Positions 19,912 through 29,455 of a stretch of DNA of 33,232 nucleotides are shown here, in pieces. The notes beneath the pieces are model-generated. The model did not search any database, was not told where the DNA came from, and worked only from the letters and a program-made list of their open reading frames with translations. Within the stretch, counting starts at the first letter, position 1. Each line of letters starts with the position of its first letter. The translations under genes were made by a program, and so were the position numbers. The stretch is from Ignavibacteria bacterium (GTDB lineage Bacteria; Elusimicrobiota; Endomicrobiia; PHAN01): positions 1-33,232 of the forward strand of contig JBGFRZ010000050.1 of the NCBI GenBank assembly GCA_041694835.1, in the 5' to 3' direction.

Positions 19912-20190
19912 AAGTAGATAGTAGATAGTAGATAGGGGATTGATTGGTAATCGGTTAACAGTTATCGGTGAAAGATGAGGGATGAGGGGTGAGAGGTCAG
20001 AGGTGAGAGGTGAGAGAATAGCGTATAGAGGATAGAGAATAGAGGATAGGGGACAAGGAATTGAATAAAAATTTCTATTCCCTAACCTCTCGTCCCTCGC
20101 CTCTAACCCATGGTCTCTGTTCTCTGCTCCCTGACCTCCGTCCTCTGTCCTCTGACCTCTGTTCTCTGTCCTCTGGCTTGTGCTCTTGCT
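19912..20190 (+). repeat. Modular heptamer element, copy B (core 20048-20104, forward)
   Basis: AGTAGAT x3, GTGAGAG arrays, 57-bp core (1 substitution vs copy A), CCTCTG(A/T) arrays. Confidence 0.92.
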
Positions 20191-20199
20191 CCGCTGCTT

Positions 20200-20820
20200 A
20201 TGAGATTAAACATAAACCCTAACAGGATGGAGTTGATAAAGCTTAAAAAACGGCTTGTTCTGGCGCGCCGCGGTCACAAGCTTTTGAAAGACAAACAGGA
20301 CGAACTTATGCGGAATTTTATGGAGCTTTTCGAGAGGGTTTACAAAGAGAGGTTCGAAACGGAAAAAGAATACTCTGCCATCAAAAAGGCGCATACTCTG
20401 GCGTCTTCCGTGATGAATCAGGCAGAAATTTTCGCAGCGACGGTTTGGAAGAAGATAAGCATAAAATTCGAATCGGTTTTAAAACAGCTTTTCAATCTGC
20501 GCGTTCCCGACTATAAAATTGAGATAACTGGCGAAGCAATATGGTGGAGCCCCTCGTATGTTCCCATGGAACTGGACGATATTTTTGAGAGGTTCAAAAA
20601 TTTTCTGCCGAGGTTTGTGAAACTCGCCGGCGACGAAAAGACATTAAGACTTCTCGCCGAAGAAATCGAACGCACAAGACGTCGCGTTAACGCCCTTGAG
20701 TATATACTGATTCCGAATATTCTTGAGACGATAAAATACATATCCATGCGCCTTTCGGAAAACGAGCGATCCGACCTTGTGAGACTTATGAAGGTTAAAG
20801 AGATAGTAAGAAGCCACTGA
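20200..20820 (+). CDS. atpD: V/A-type ATP synthase subunit D
   Basis: INPNRMELIKLKKRL..ARRGHKLLKDKQDEL, TRRRVNALEY. The upstream in-frame extension is repeat-derived. Confidence 0.96.
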   Translation: MRLNINPNRMELIKLKKRLVLARRGHKLLKDKQDELMRNFMELFERVYKERFETEKEYSAIKKAHTLASSVMNQAEIFAATVWKKISIKFESVLKQLFNLRVPDYKIEITGEAIWWSPSYVPMELDDIFERFKNFLPRFVKLAGDEKTLRLLAEEIERTRRRVNALEYILIPNILETIKYISMRLSENERSDLVRLMKVKEIVRSH

Positions 20821-20834
20821 TGGATATTGATAAA

Positions 20835-21150
20835 GCAGTAGAGTAGTAGAGCACAAGGGCACAAGGGCACAAGAGCACAAGTCAGAGGACAGAGTACAGA
20901 GGTTAGAGGCGAGGGACGAGAGGTCAGGGAATGGAAATTTTTATTCAATTCCTTGTCCCCTATCCTCTATTCTCTATACGCTATTCTCTCATCTCTCACC
21001 TCCGAATATCTCTATTTGCTATCCACTATTTGCTATATGTCATAAGCCATATGCTATACGCTTTCCGTTTCCCGCTTTCCGTTTTTCCTTGTCTACTATG
21101 TACCATCTGCTATCTACTATTCTCTTGCTTCTTTCCTCTTTTCTCTTTTG
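20835..21150 (-). repeat. Modular heptamer element, copy C (core 20905-20961, reverse)
   Basis: GCACAAG 8-mers, CAGAGG arrays, reverse-complement core, then TTTGCTA and CGCTTTC arrays overlapping the 5' end of the next gene. Confidence 0.9.
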
Positions 21151-22373
21151 CCGCAGAACTAAGGGTCTATTATGTCGCCGTCGGACAGGGCGATGCGATA
21201 TATATGGAACTACCCAACGGCGAGAACGTCCTTATCGACGGAGGCCCCAACAGTTCAAATTCCACCAATAACCCGCTGATATACTTCCTTGAAAGTAAAA
21301 ACATAAAAAAAATAAATCATGTTATTCTTTCACATCCTCACGCCGACCACTATGCAGGTTTGGGGCCGGCATTTGACAGATATGAAATCAAAAGATATTA
21401 TGATTCATTTTTGCTTGGCAGTTCTGCGGCGCAATCGTTCCGCAGCAAGGCGACAAGCGAACCGGGAGTAACCGTCGTCAACACGATGGATTATTCGTCT
21501 GGCTATACTTTCACATGGTCGACCACCACCCCGAAAGTAGAAGCGGTTATGCTTCATCGCGGCGACGCATTCGGGCAAACTCCTCCGTCGGCGAACGATG
21601 TGTCGCTCGTCTTTAGAGTTGTTTTTGGTTCATCAACTTTCATATTTGGCGGAGATGCCGGCGGCAGTGGCGGTTCATATAAAAATCTTGAAGGTTGGAT
21701 GGCGGGCACTTATGGCGGTGGTGTAGAGTCCGATTGCTATAAAGTTCACCATCATGGAAGTGCGTCGTCTTCCAGCGATTCGAATTTTATGTCGAAGTTA
21801 AACCCCAGATATGCGTTTATCGGCACCGACGGGATAAAATACGGCCATCCAACCATAATCTCTATGGACAATATAAATGTATATACAAGCAAGGCGGAAG
21901 AAAAAATCGTTCAGGAGATAAAAGGCAAGATATATACGAACATCTACCCCACCTATCTGAACGGAAATATAATGGTTGGAACATCGGGCGACGGGAAATA
22001 TAAAATCCAGACGAATTACGCTCCGACTCCAATAGACACAACTCCGACCGGAGACATCGTGGACATCCCCCCCGCTGAAAGAAAGACGCTTGGTTATGTC
22101 AATGCCGTCAACAATAAGTTTAATCCTGAAACCGAGTCAATGACCATCGAATATCTGCTCAATAAATCCGGGGAGAGTGTTTTTAGGGTTTATACGCTCG
22201 CTGGCGAAGTCGTCTATGAAGACAAAGTTCAAAATGTCCCCGCCGGTTCTCCGCTCCGATGGAATTGGAATGGCAGGAATTCTAACGGAGAAATGGTCGC
22301 TTCGGGAGCTTATTTTGTTTTTGTAAAAACACCGGAAGGCAAAGAAGTTAGAAAAGCGGTGGTAATGAGATGA
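20931..22373 (+). CDS. Exported ComEC/Rec2-like MBL-fold metallo-hydrolase with a C-terminal FlgD-Ig-like domain (start uncertain, 20931 or 21051)
   Basis: VGQGDAI, LIDGG, SHPHADH, KVHHHGS, YGHP. C-terminal FNP...VYTLAGEVV...WNGRNSNGEMVASGAY. Confidence 0.85.
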   Translation: MEIFIQFLVPYPLFSIRYSLISHLRISLFAIHYLLYVISHMLYAFRFPLSVFPCLLCTICYLLFSCFFPLFSFAAELRVYYVAVGQGDAIYMELPNGENVLIDGGPNSSNSTNNPLIYFLESKNIKKINHVILSHPHADHYAGLGPAFDRYEIKRYYDSFLLGSSAAQSFRSKATSEPGVTVVNTMDYSSGYTFTWSTTTPKVEAVMLHRGDAFGQTPPSANDVSLVFRVVFGSSTFIFGGDAGGSGGSYKNLEGWMAGTYGGGVESDCYKVHHHGSASSSSDSNFMSKLNPRYAFIGTDGIKYGHPTIISMDNINVYTSKAEEKIVQEIKGKIYTNIYPTYLNGNIMVGTSGDGKYKIQTNYAPTPIDTTPTGDIVDIPPAERKTLGYVNAVNNKFNPETESMTIEYLLNKSGESVFRVYTLAGEVVYEDKVQNVPAGSPLRWNWNGRNSNGEMVASGAYFVFVKTPEGKEVRKAVVMR

Positions 22374-23845
22374 ACAAAACAGGGTATAGTGAAATGAAGA
22401 CAGAAGACAGAGGTCAGAGGTCAGAGAACAGAGGACAGAGGTCAGAGAACAGAGGTCAGAGGTCAGAGAACAGAGGACAGAGGACAGAGGTCAGAGGTCA
22501 GAGAACAAATGACAGAGGACAGAGGACAGAGGACAGAAAACGGGAAGCGGGAATAGAAGAACGCAAAGCGGAAAGCGTAAAGGGTGAACGGCTTTTAACT
22601 CTTTCCGCTTCCCGCTTTCCGCTTTACGGCATTTTATTCTCTCATCTCTCATCTCTCATCTCTCACCTCTCTCTTCTATGCACTATTCGCTATTTGCTAT
22701 TCGCTCTCCCATGTCTTTACGGGGCGGGGACCACCGTCGGAGACGTCCTGAATTTGAATACTTCCATTAGGGCTATTTCGCTTGGCAAAACCCATCTTTT
22801 TAATTCAGAAGTGGGCGGCAATCCAGCGCTCATTGATGACAGGAATACCGTAGCTTTTAAATTTAACACCTCTCCGTTGGGTGTCCGGATTTTTGATATA
22901 GGCGGAAAGATGTCGTATGGCAGTTTTACTTTTGGAGCAGGAATAATTAATCAAAATGCCGGAAATATAGAGATTTACAAGCCACCTTTCGAGGATAATC
23001 CCGAAGTAAAATTCGTGAAAAATCTTCAAAACGATTTGATATTGACGGCGGTTTCGGCATATAGAGTAAACAGAATATTTCATGTTGGATTAAATATAAG
23101 GCATCTTAACACGAAGATTCTTGAGAACTACACTATGGATGCCACGGCTTTTGATTTAGGAATGGCTGTTAAATCAGGTAAGTTTAACCTCGCTTTTTTG
23201 TTAAAAAATCTTGGCTCGAAAGCTTCTTATAGTTATTCTAATGAAAAATTTCCGCTGGCTGCTGTGCATTCTTTCGGCGTAGGATTTTTTCCTTCGTATT
23301 TTGGTATAATCTTTTCAGCCGACAATGAGAACGAGAGGAAACAAACATTATTCAGGACCGGCATAGAGTGGAATCTCCCCGACGAAAAGATATATCCGCT
23401 CAACACACTTGCAATTAGAGGCGGATATTCGCAAAGGGGTGCGAAATTTAATTTTTCAAATTTTACATTTGGATTTTCTATGGGATTTTCATCGGTGCTT
23501 TTCGAGTATGCTCTCTCTCCACTTGACGATGTCGGACTCTCGCATAATCTCGGATTGTCTTACAGATTTGGCCACAAGACTAAAATACCGGAATCCAAGA
23601 TCAAAGAGAGGGTCATGATTGAATTTGTCGCAGGAAATATCGACGATAAATCGTTCGCAAAACTCGAAGATACGGCGCAACTTTTGAAAGAGTCGCCGCA
23701 TTACAGCGTAAAACTGGAGGGACATCTTGATTTGACCGACAAAATCGTTGATTATTTTGTGAGCTCCGAGCGGATTGCGGAATCGCGCATTATAGTTGAA
23801 GAAAAAGAAACCACTTATGTCATTATAACGCTTATAGAAAAGTAA
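22370..23845 (+). CDS. PorV/PorQ-like outer-membrane beta-barrel protein with a degenerate OmpA-like C-terminus
   Basis: LNLNTSIRAISLG...NPA, alternating beta strands, AIRGGY...FEYA...HNLGLSYRFG, then LEDTAQLLKESP...LEGH. The N-terminus is encoded by heptamer arrays. Confidence 0.65.
   Translation: MNKTGYSEMKTEDRGQRSENRGQRSENRGQRSENRGQRTEVRGQRTNDRGQRTEDRKREAGIEERKAESVKGERLLTLSASRFPLYGILFSHLSSLISHLSLLCTIRYLLFALPCLYGAGTTVGDVLNLNTSIRAISLGKTHLFNSEVGGNPALIDDRNTVAFKFNTSPLGVRIFDIGGKMSYGSFTFGAGIINQNAGNIEIYKPPFEDNPEVKFVKNLQNDLILTAVSAYRVNRIFHVGLNIRHLNTKILENYTMDATAFDLGMAVKSGKFNLAFLLKNLGSKASYSYSNEKFPLAAVHSFGVGFFPSYFGIIFSADNENERKQTLFRTGIEWNLPDEKIYPLNTLAIRGGYSQRGAKFNFSNFTFGFSMGFSSVLFEYALSPLDDVGLSHNLGLSYRFGHKTKIPESKIKERVMIEFVAGNIDDKSFAKLEDTAQLLKESPHYSVKLEGHLDLTDKIVDYFVSSERIAESRIIVEEKETTYVIITLIEK
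22396..22710 (-). repeat. Heptamer element inside the 5' coding region
   Basis: Long CAGAG(G/A)(T/A) array, GCGG(G/A)AA array and its complement, TCTCATC array, and CTATGCACTATTCGCTATTTGCTATTC (reverse complement of the copy A left arm). Confidence 0.9.
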
Positions 23846-26800
23846 TGGAACGCTCTAATTTCGTACATCTTCATAATCACACGGAATACTCTCTCCTTGA
23901 CGGGGCCTGCCGCATCTGGGACGAAAAAAAACCCTCGGAGCTTTTTAAGATAGTTTCAAACAAATACAAAATGAGTTCGCTTGCGATTACCGACCATGGG
24001 AATATGTTTGGAGCGATAGAGTTTTATGACGCGTGTTTAGAGTCGGGAATAAAGCCGATAATCGGCTGCGAGGCATATGTCGCCAAAGGCTCCCGCTTTA
24101 ACAAGGAACCGAAGTCGTATTCGGGCAATTATCACCTCACGCTCATCGCTCAGAACAACGTCGGATACAGGAATCTGATGAAGCTTGCGAGCATAGCTTA
24201 TACCGAAGGCTTTTACAGAAAACCGAGAATAGATTTTGAAGTACTGAAGAATCACTCCGAAGGTATTATCTGCCTTTCGGGTTGCTTGCAGGGGGAAATT
24301 CCGCAGGCTGTATTGGAAAACAAGAATGACGAGGCGAGGGCGTTGATCGGAAAATATAAAGAACTTTTCGGAAGAGAGAGATTTTATCTTGAACTGATGA
24401 ATAATGGCATGGAGGAGCAGCGCAAGGTAATAAAAAAACTCATGGAGTTTTCAAAAGAACTTGATGTCAAAGTTGTCGCCACTAATGACTGCCATTATTT
24501 GCACAAAGCGGATGCTCCGCTGCATGAAATTCTTTTGTGCGTAGACACCGGGACCACCCTCGACGATAAAAAGAGGCTCAAATTTTCCACGGACGAATTT
24601 TACTATCGCTCGCCCGAAGAGATGACGGAACTCTTCAAAGAGAACCCGTCTGCGATTCAAAACACGCTGAAAATATCCGATATGTGTGCGGTCGAGCTGA
24701 ACATGGGACAGTTTTTACTGCCTCACTACAGTGTCCCCGACGCCTTCACGCCGATTTCATATCTCGAAAAACTTTGCATAGAAGGGTTTAAAAACAGGTA
24801 CAAAAACCCTACCGACGAACATCATACGCGACTCAAAAAAGAACTCGCGACGATAGAGAAAATGAACTTTGCAGAATACTTTCTTATTGTCTGGGATTTC
24901 ATAGATTTCGCGAAAAAAAACAACATTCCTGTGGGCCACGGCAGAGGCTCTGGCGCCGGTTCCATAGTGGCGTATGTCCTGAACATCACAAACATTTGTC
25001 CAATAAAATACGGTCTTTTGTTTGAGAGATTTCTAAATCCCGACAGGCGCACGATGCCGGATTTGGACATTGACTTTGCGGACACCGGCCGCGACAAAGT
25101 GATAGAGTATGTCAGAGATAAATACGGCTCGGATCGCGTCGCCCAGATTATCACTTACAGCGCCATGCAGGCGCGCTCGGCAGTCAAGGACGTGGCCAGG
25201 GTCATGGGTGTCTCCGCAACGGACGCGAACAAACTCGCATCAATGATACCTCACACGGGGATAACTATATACGAAGCCGTCCACAAAGTGAGCGAACTTA
25301 AAAAAATATACCAGATGGACGATCGAATAAAAAAACTTTTCGACGCCGCTTCCAGAATTGAGGGGCTGAAAAGACATACCGGGATACACGCGGCGGGTGT
25401 GGTCATAGCCAAGGACGACATCACAAATTACGTTCCTATGGCGGTTTCGAAAAGATGCGACTCGGCTACGGTGACCCAGTATGACGGCGATTCTCTTTTG
25501 AAGCTCGGGCTTCTGAAAATTGACATACTCGGGATAAAAACTCTCAGCGTCATAGACGAATGCAAAAAGCTCATTAAAGAAAGACACGGCGTTGATATAA
25601 ACGACATCGCGTTTGACGATCAAAAAACTTTTAAGCTCTTCAAGGAGGCAAGCACATTGGGGGTTTTTCAGCTTGAGTCCTCGGGTATGCGGGATCTTCT
25701 CAGGAAGCTTAAGCCGACTAACATAGAAGATATAATAGCTCTTATTTCCCTCTACAGGCCGGGCCCAATGGGGGCGGGCATGCTTGATGACTTTGTCGCA
25801 AGAAAACACAAAAAAGTGAAAATTATTTACGATCATCCGTTGATGGAGCCCATACTCAGCGACACATACGGCGTTATTTTGTATCAGGAACATGTTATGA
25901 AGATAGCCCAGACGCTTGCGGGTTTTTCCGCCGGACAAGCCGACACGTTAAGGCGCGCTATGAGCAAAAAAGTCCTGGAGGAGATGGATAAACTCGAAAA
26001 CGAATTTGTTTGCGGATGCAAAAAAAATTCCATCGAGCCGAAAACTGCGAAAAAGATATTTGAGCAAATCAAATTCTTCGCGGGATACGGCTTCAACAAA
26101 AGTCATGCGGCGGCTTATGCGATACTTGCCTATGAAACGGCACATCTTAAAGCCAACTACACGATAGAATTTATGACGGCGTTGATAAATTCCGAGATAG
26201 GGAGAACTTCCAAGAAGGAAGAAGACAACAAGATTGTTACTTATTTGAGGGAGTGTGAAAACTACGGGATTTCGATATTGCCTCCATCTGTGAACGCTTC
26301 AAACGAGGTTTTTGCGATAGAAGGGAAAGATAAAATAAGATACGGACTTCTTGCAGTCAAAAATGTCGGCGAGGGCGCTGCCCGTCGTATAGTTGAAATC
26401 AGAAAGGGAGAAAAATATAAAGGCCCGTATGATTTTATGGTGAGGGCAATGTCGCATCACTTAAACAGAAGGAGCATAGAGTCCCTCGTAAAAGCGGGCG
26501 CTTTTGATGAATTCGGCGTAAATCCCGGAGCGATGCGAGGGGAGTTCCTCGCCAAGTTGGACAAATATATCGAGATTTCATCCAGCATAAATTCGAATGG
26601 CGGCGTTGGTTCGCTTTTGTTCGATTTCAAGGAGTCAGAGCCTAAAATAAATGTGGAGTTCAGAAATTTAAGCGAGCACGAATGTCTTCAGCAGGAAAAA
26701 GAGGTACTTGGGTGCTATCTTTCGGGGCATCCGCTGGCCAAATACGAAAACGAATTACTCAAATACTCGACTTGCAGAATCGCAGACCTTAATTCTGAGA

Positions 26801-27321
26801 ATCCGCCACGGGGCATCGTAAAAGTTGCCGGCATTGTAGAAAACGTGAAGCAGTTGATATCGAAAAAGGCTCAAAACGCCTATGCAAGATTTTTGCTCGA
26901 AGACACTGAAACTGATATAGAGGTGGTAATCTTTCCGAAAAATTACAAAAACGCCCTGGCACAAAAAGTCGTCAGCGGCAATATGATTGTGGTAAAAGGA
27001 AGACTCAACGACAGAGAAACAAGAGAAATCATAGCCGAAGACATAATGACGCTTGAAGAAGCCAGAAAAAACATACCAGTTAGATACGACTCCTTAACGA
27101 TAAAACTCGTTTCGGCGGGTCTTGAAGAAGATTTACTAATGAGGCTTAAAAAAATGTTTTTCAGTCACCCCGGCGATACAAAAGTTTATCTCGAGGCAAT
27201 GTCTCTGACGGGTTCAAAATACTCGATAGATCCCGAAATAAACGTTAAAGTGGACAAGACGTTTTGCGAAAACTTACAGAAGCTCGTCGGCGACGAAAAC
27301 GTGGTTTTGACAAAAGAATAA
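23845..27321 (+). CDS. dnaE: DNA polymerase III alpha subunit
   Basis: PHP domain HLHNHTEYSLLDG, GRGSGAGS, PDLDIDF, YGFNKSH, OB fold. Confidence 0.98.
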   Translation: MERSNFVHLHNHTEYSLLDGACRIWDEKKPSELFKIVSNKYKMSSLAITDHGNMFGAIEFYDACLESGIKPIIGCEAYVAKGSRFNKEPKSYSGNYHLTLIAQNNVGYRNLMKLASIAYTEGFYRKPRIDFEVLKNHSEGIICLSGCLQGEIPQAVLENKNDEARALIGKYKELFGRERFYLELMNNGMEEQRKVIKKLMEFSKELDVKVVATNDCHYLHKADAPLHEILLCVDTGTTLDDKKRLKFSTDEFYYRSPEEMTELFKENPSAIQNTLKISDMCAVELNMGQFLLPHYSVPDAFTPISYLEKLCIEGFKNRYKNPTDEHHTRLKKELATIEKMNFAEYFLIVWDFIDFAKKNNIPVGHGRGSGAGSIVAYVLNITNICPIKYGLLFERFLNPDRRTMPDLDIDFADTGRDKVIEYVRDKYGSDRVAQIITYSAMQARSAVKDVARVMGVSATDANKLASMIPHTGITIYEAVHKVSELKKIYQMDDRIKKLFDAASRIEGLKRHTGIHAAGVVIAKDDITNYVPMAVSKRCDSATVTQYDGDSLLKLGLLKIDILGIKTLSVIDECKKLIKERHGVDINDIAFDDQKTFKLFKEASTLGVFQLESSGMRDLLRKLKPTNIEDIIALISLYRPGPMGAGMLDDFVARKHKKVKIIYDHPLMEPILSDTYGVILYQEHVMKIAQTLAGFSAGQADTLRRAMSKKVLEEMDKLENEFVCGCKKNSIEPKTAKKIFEQIKFFAGYGFNKSHAAAYAILAYETAHLKANYTIEFMTALINSEIGRTSKKEEDNKIVTYLRECENYGISILPPSVNASNEVFAIEGKDKIRYGLLAVKNVGEGAARRIVEIRKGEKYKGPYDFMVRAMSHHLNRRSIESLVKAGAFDEFGVNPGAMRGEFLAKLDKYIEISSSINSNGGVGSLLFDFKESEPKINVEFRNLSEHECLQQEKEVLGCYLSGHPLAKYENELLKYSTCRIADLNSENPPRGIVKVAGIVENVKQLISKKAQNAYARFLLEDTETDIEVVIFPKNYKNALAQKVVSGNMIVVKGRLNDRETREIIAEDIMTLEEARKNIPVRYDSLTIKLVSAGLEEDLLMRLKKMFFSHPGDTKVYLEAMSLTGSKYSIDPEINVKVDKTFCENLQKLVGDENVVLTKE

Positions 27322-27493
27322 AAAATATGTAGAATAAGAATAGAGCACAAGGCACTAAAGAATAGTAGACGGTAGCGAGTAAACAGGGATTTGAAAAATG
27401 CCCCTATCTAGACAACTCGCTTATGTTCTACTGCGCTATTGTTCCATTTTTCTTATTTTTTCTTGTTTTTAACTTTTCAAAGGGAGGATTATT

Positions 27494-28483
27494 ATGAACA
27501 GACTCATTTTTGCTTTGTTTGCTGTTGTTATTTTTATTTCATCGGTTTTTTCGCAAGCATCAACTGCGCCCGTAGTTCAGGTGGTTGATCCAGTTGTTGA
27601 AAACATATCCAAATTAAAGGCCAAAGATCCAATGGTAAGACGGCAGGCTGCCGAATCCCTTGGGAGTTTGAGAGATGCAAAAGCCGTCAATCCGCTTATG
27701 GCTGCATTGAAGGATGAAAGCCCTTTCGTAAGAATGGCGGCGATAGATTCCCTCGGCCTTTTGCGAGCCTCATCCGCCGTTGAAAAAATCGGAGAGATTC
27801 TTTTAAACGATAAAGAATCTCAGATAAGACAAAGCGCCGCCATATCGCTGGGATACATAGGCGTGCCTGAGATATCGGAATATTTGATAAAAGCGCTGAA
27901 AGACAAAGAACCGGGTGTCAAATACGCAGCGGCGTCTTCTCTTGGTCAAATCCGCTCTGAGGATGCCGTTTCGGCCTTAACCGAGGCTCTCTCGGATCCC
28001 GACAGCGGAATGAAAAGAAGCGTTTTGGCGACTCTTGAAAGGCTGGACGCCTCGATAGCAGTTCCAAGGGCAAGAGCTCTCCTTTTCGACACAGACCCAT
28101 CGGTGAGGTCGCTTGCGGCGAAATTTGTCGGCAAGTTCAAGGATGCGGAAAGCCGTCAGAGTCTCGCCGAGATTCTGAAAGACAAAAATAACTCGGTTGT
28201 GATAAACGCCGCTTACGCACTGGGAAGGATAGGCGATACATCGGGATTTCAGGCGGTGTCTAAAATTGTAAAATCCGAAAAGGACACGGCCATTAGAATG
28301 GCTTCTATAGAGGCGCTTGAAGCGATAGGGACAAAAGACGCCATAAACGTTATCAGAGAGATGCTCAATGACCCACACGACTATGTTAAGAATTCAGCAA
28401 AATATACATTGATGAGGATGAGAGTTCCCATTGAAGATCCAAAAAAAACCGACCCAACGCGAAAAGCCCCTCCTCGGAGGTAA
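27494..28483 (+). CDS. Secreted HEAT-repeat protein
   Basis: Classical signal peptide MNRLIFALFAVVIFISSVFSQA, repeated D..VR.AA..LG motifs, GGGAGG RBS. Confidence 0.9.
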   Translation: MNRLIFALFAVVIFISSVFSQASTAPVVQVVDPVVENISKLKAKDPMVRRQAAESLGSLRDAKAVNPLMAALKDESPFVRMAAIDSLGLLRASSAVEKIGEILLNDKESQIRQSAAISLGYIGVPEISEYLIKALKDKEPGVKYAAASSLGQIRSEDAVSALTEALSDPDSGMKRSVLATLERLDASIAVPRARALLFDTDPSVRSLAAKFVGKFKDAESRQSLAEILKDKNNSVVINAAYALGRIGDTSGFQAVSKIVKSEKDTAIRMASIEALEAIGTKDAINVIREMLNDPHDYVKNSAKYTLMRMRVPIEDPKKTDPTRKAPPRR

Positions 28484-28490
28484 ATGACAA

Positions 28491-29447
28491 ATGTTAGAAC
28501 AGCAGAGCACAAGGGCGCAAGAACACAAGTGCATAAGTGCACAAGGGCACAAGGTAGAAGAGCACAAGAGCACAAGTGCACAAGGTACAAGAGCAGAGGA
28601 CAGAGGACAGAGAACAGGGGAGAGAGGACAGAGGACAGAGGTTAGAGGCGAGGGACGAGAGGTCAGGGAATGGAAATTTTTATTCAATTCCTTGCCCCCT
28701 AGCCTCTATTCTCTATACGCTATTCTCTCATCTCTCACCTCTCACCTCTCGCCTCTGTGCACTATTCGCTATTTGCTATTCGCTCTTCTTATTTCTTACT
28801 TCATACCTCTTACCTCTCGCAGTATTTATGCATGGGAAATCGTGGATATCCCCACGACGGAACCCGTCGATGCCTATACCTATCGGCTCGGTTTCAGGCT
28901 TTACTCGGACGGCGGCGTAATGACGCGCACAACTTTCGGGGTTTTCAGAAACATAAACATTGGCTTTGCATGGGATCTTAAAAATTTAATCGGAGTAAAG
29001 AACATAGAAATGATACCCCCGTCGGTGCATCTGAAAATTTTGATTTACGAAGGCAGTAAACACCTCCCTTCTTTCGCCATCGGCTACGACGGACAGGGTT
29101 ATTACTGGAACAAAGACGAGCAGGGTTATCGGGAGAAGGAAAAAGGGGTTTTTGTCGTGCTGTCGAGGGAGGTTTTCACTCCGAATCTTGAGCTGACGGC
29201 TGGTGCCAATGTCAACGATTTCAGAAAAAGTACCGTCCACGGCTTTGCGGGGATTTCATACATGATAGAAAAACTTTCATTTTTGATTGAATACGATAAC
29301 CTGCGCGACGAGAAGTTCCATCGATTGAATGGGGGTATCAGGTTTGCCGTCATACCGGAACTTAATTTTGAATTTGTCGGAAGAAACATGGCAAAAAGTG
29401 AAAATGCAGAAAGAGTCCTTAAGGTCAACTATATAGGAAGATTTTAA
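28491..29447 (+). CDS. YjbH-like outer-membrane protein (start uncertain)
   Basis: IVDIPT, LPSFAIGYDGQG, FLIEYD, LNGGIRF and a terminal F are typical of beta-barrels. The N-terminal ~110 aa are repeat-encoded. Confidence 0.7.
   Translation: MLEQQSTRAQEHKCISAQGHKVEEHKSTSAQGTRAEDRGQRTGERGQRTEVRGEGREVREWKFLFNSLPPSLYSLYAILSSLTSHLSPLCTIRYLLFALLISYFIPLTSRSIYAWEIVDIPTTEPVDAYTYRLGFRLYSDGGVMTRTTFGVFRNINIGFAWDLKNLIGVKNIEMIPPSVHLKILIYEGSKHLPSFAIGYDGQGYYWNKDEQGYREKEKGVFVVLSREVFTPNLELTAGANVNDFRKSTVHGFAGISYMIEKLSFLIEYDNLRDEKFHRLNGGIRFAVIPELNFEFVGRNMAKSENAERVLKVNYIGRF
28500..28815 (-). repeat. Modular heptamer element, copy D (core 28644-28700, reverse)
   Basis: GCACAAG 8-mers, CAGAGGA arrays, reverse-complement core, TCTCACC and TTTGCTA/TTCGCTA arrays. 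Confidence 0.92.
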
Positions 29448-29455
29448 GCTTTTAT

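Noticed and set aside
16540-27321. Inteins in atpA or dnaE
   Set aside because: Both proteins have normal length and uninterrupted conserved motifs.
27322-27480. Sixth copy of the core element or a riboswitch after dnaE
   Set aside because: Shows the purine-then-pyrimidine skew and one GCACAAG unit but no core and no recognisable riboswitch motif. At most a decayed remnant.
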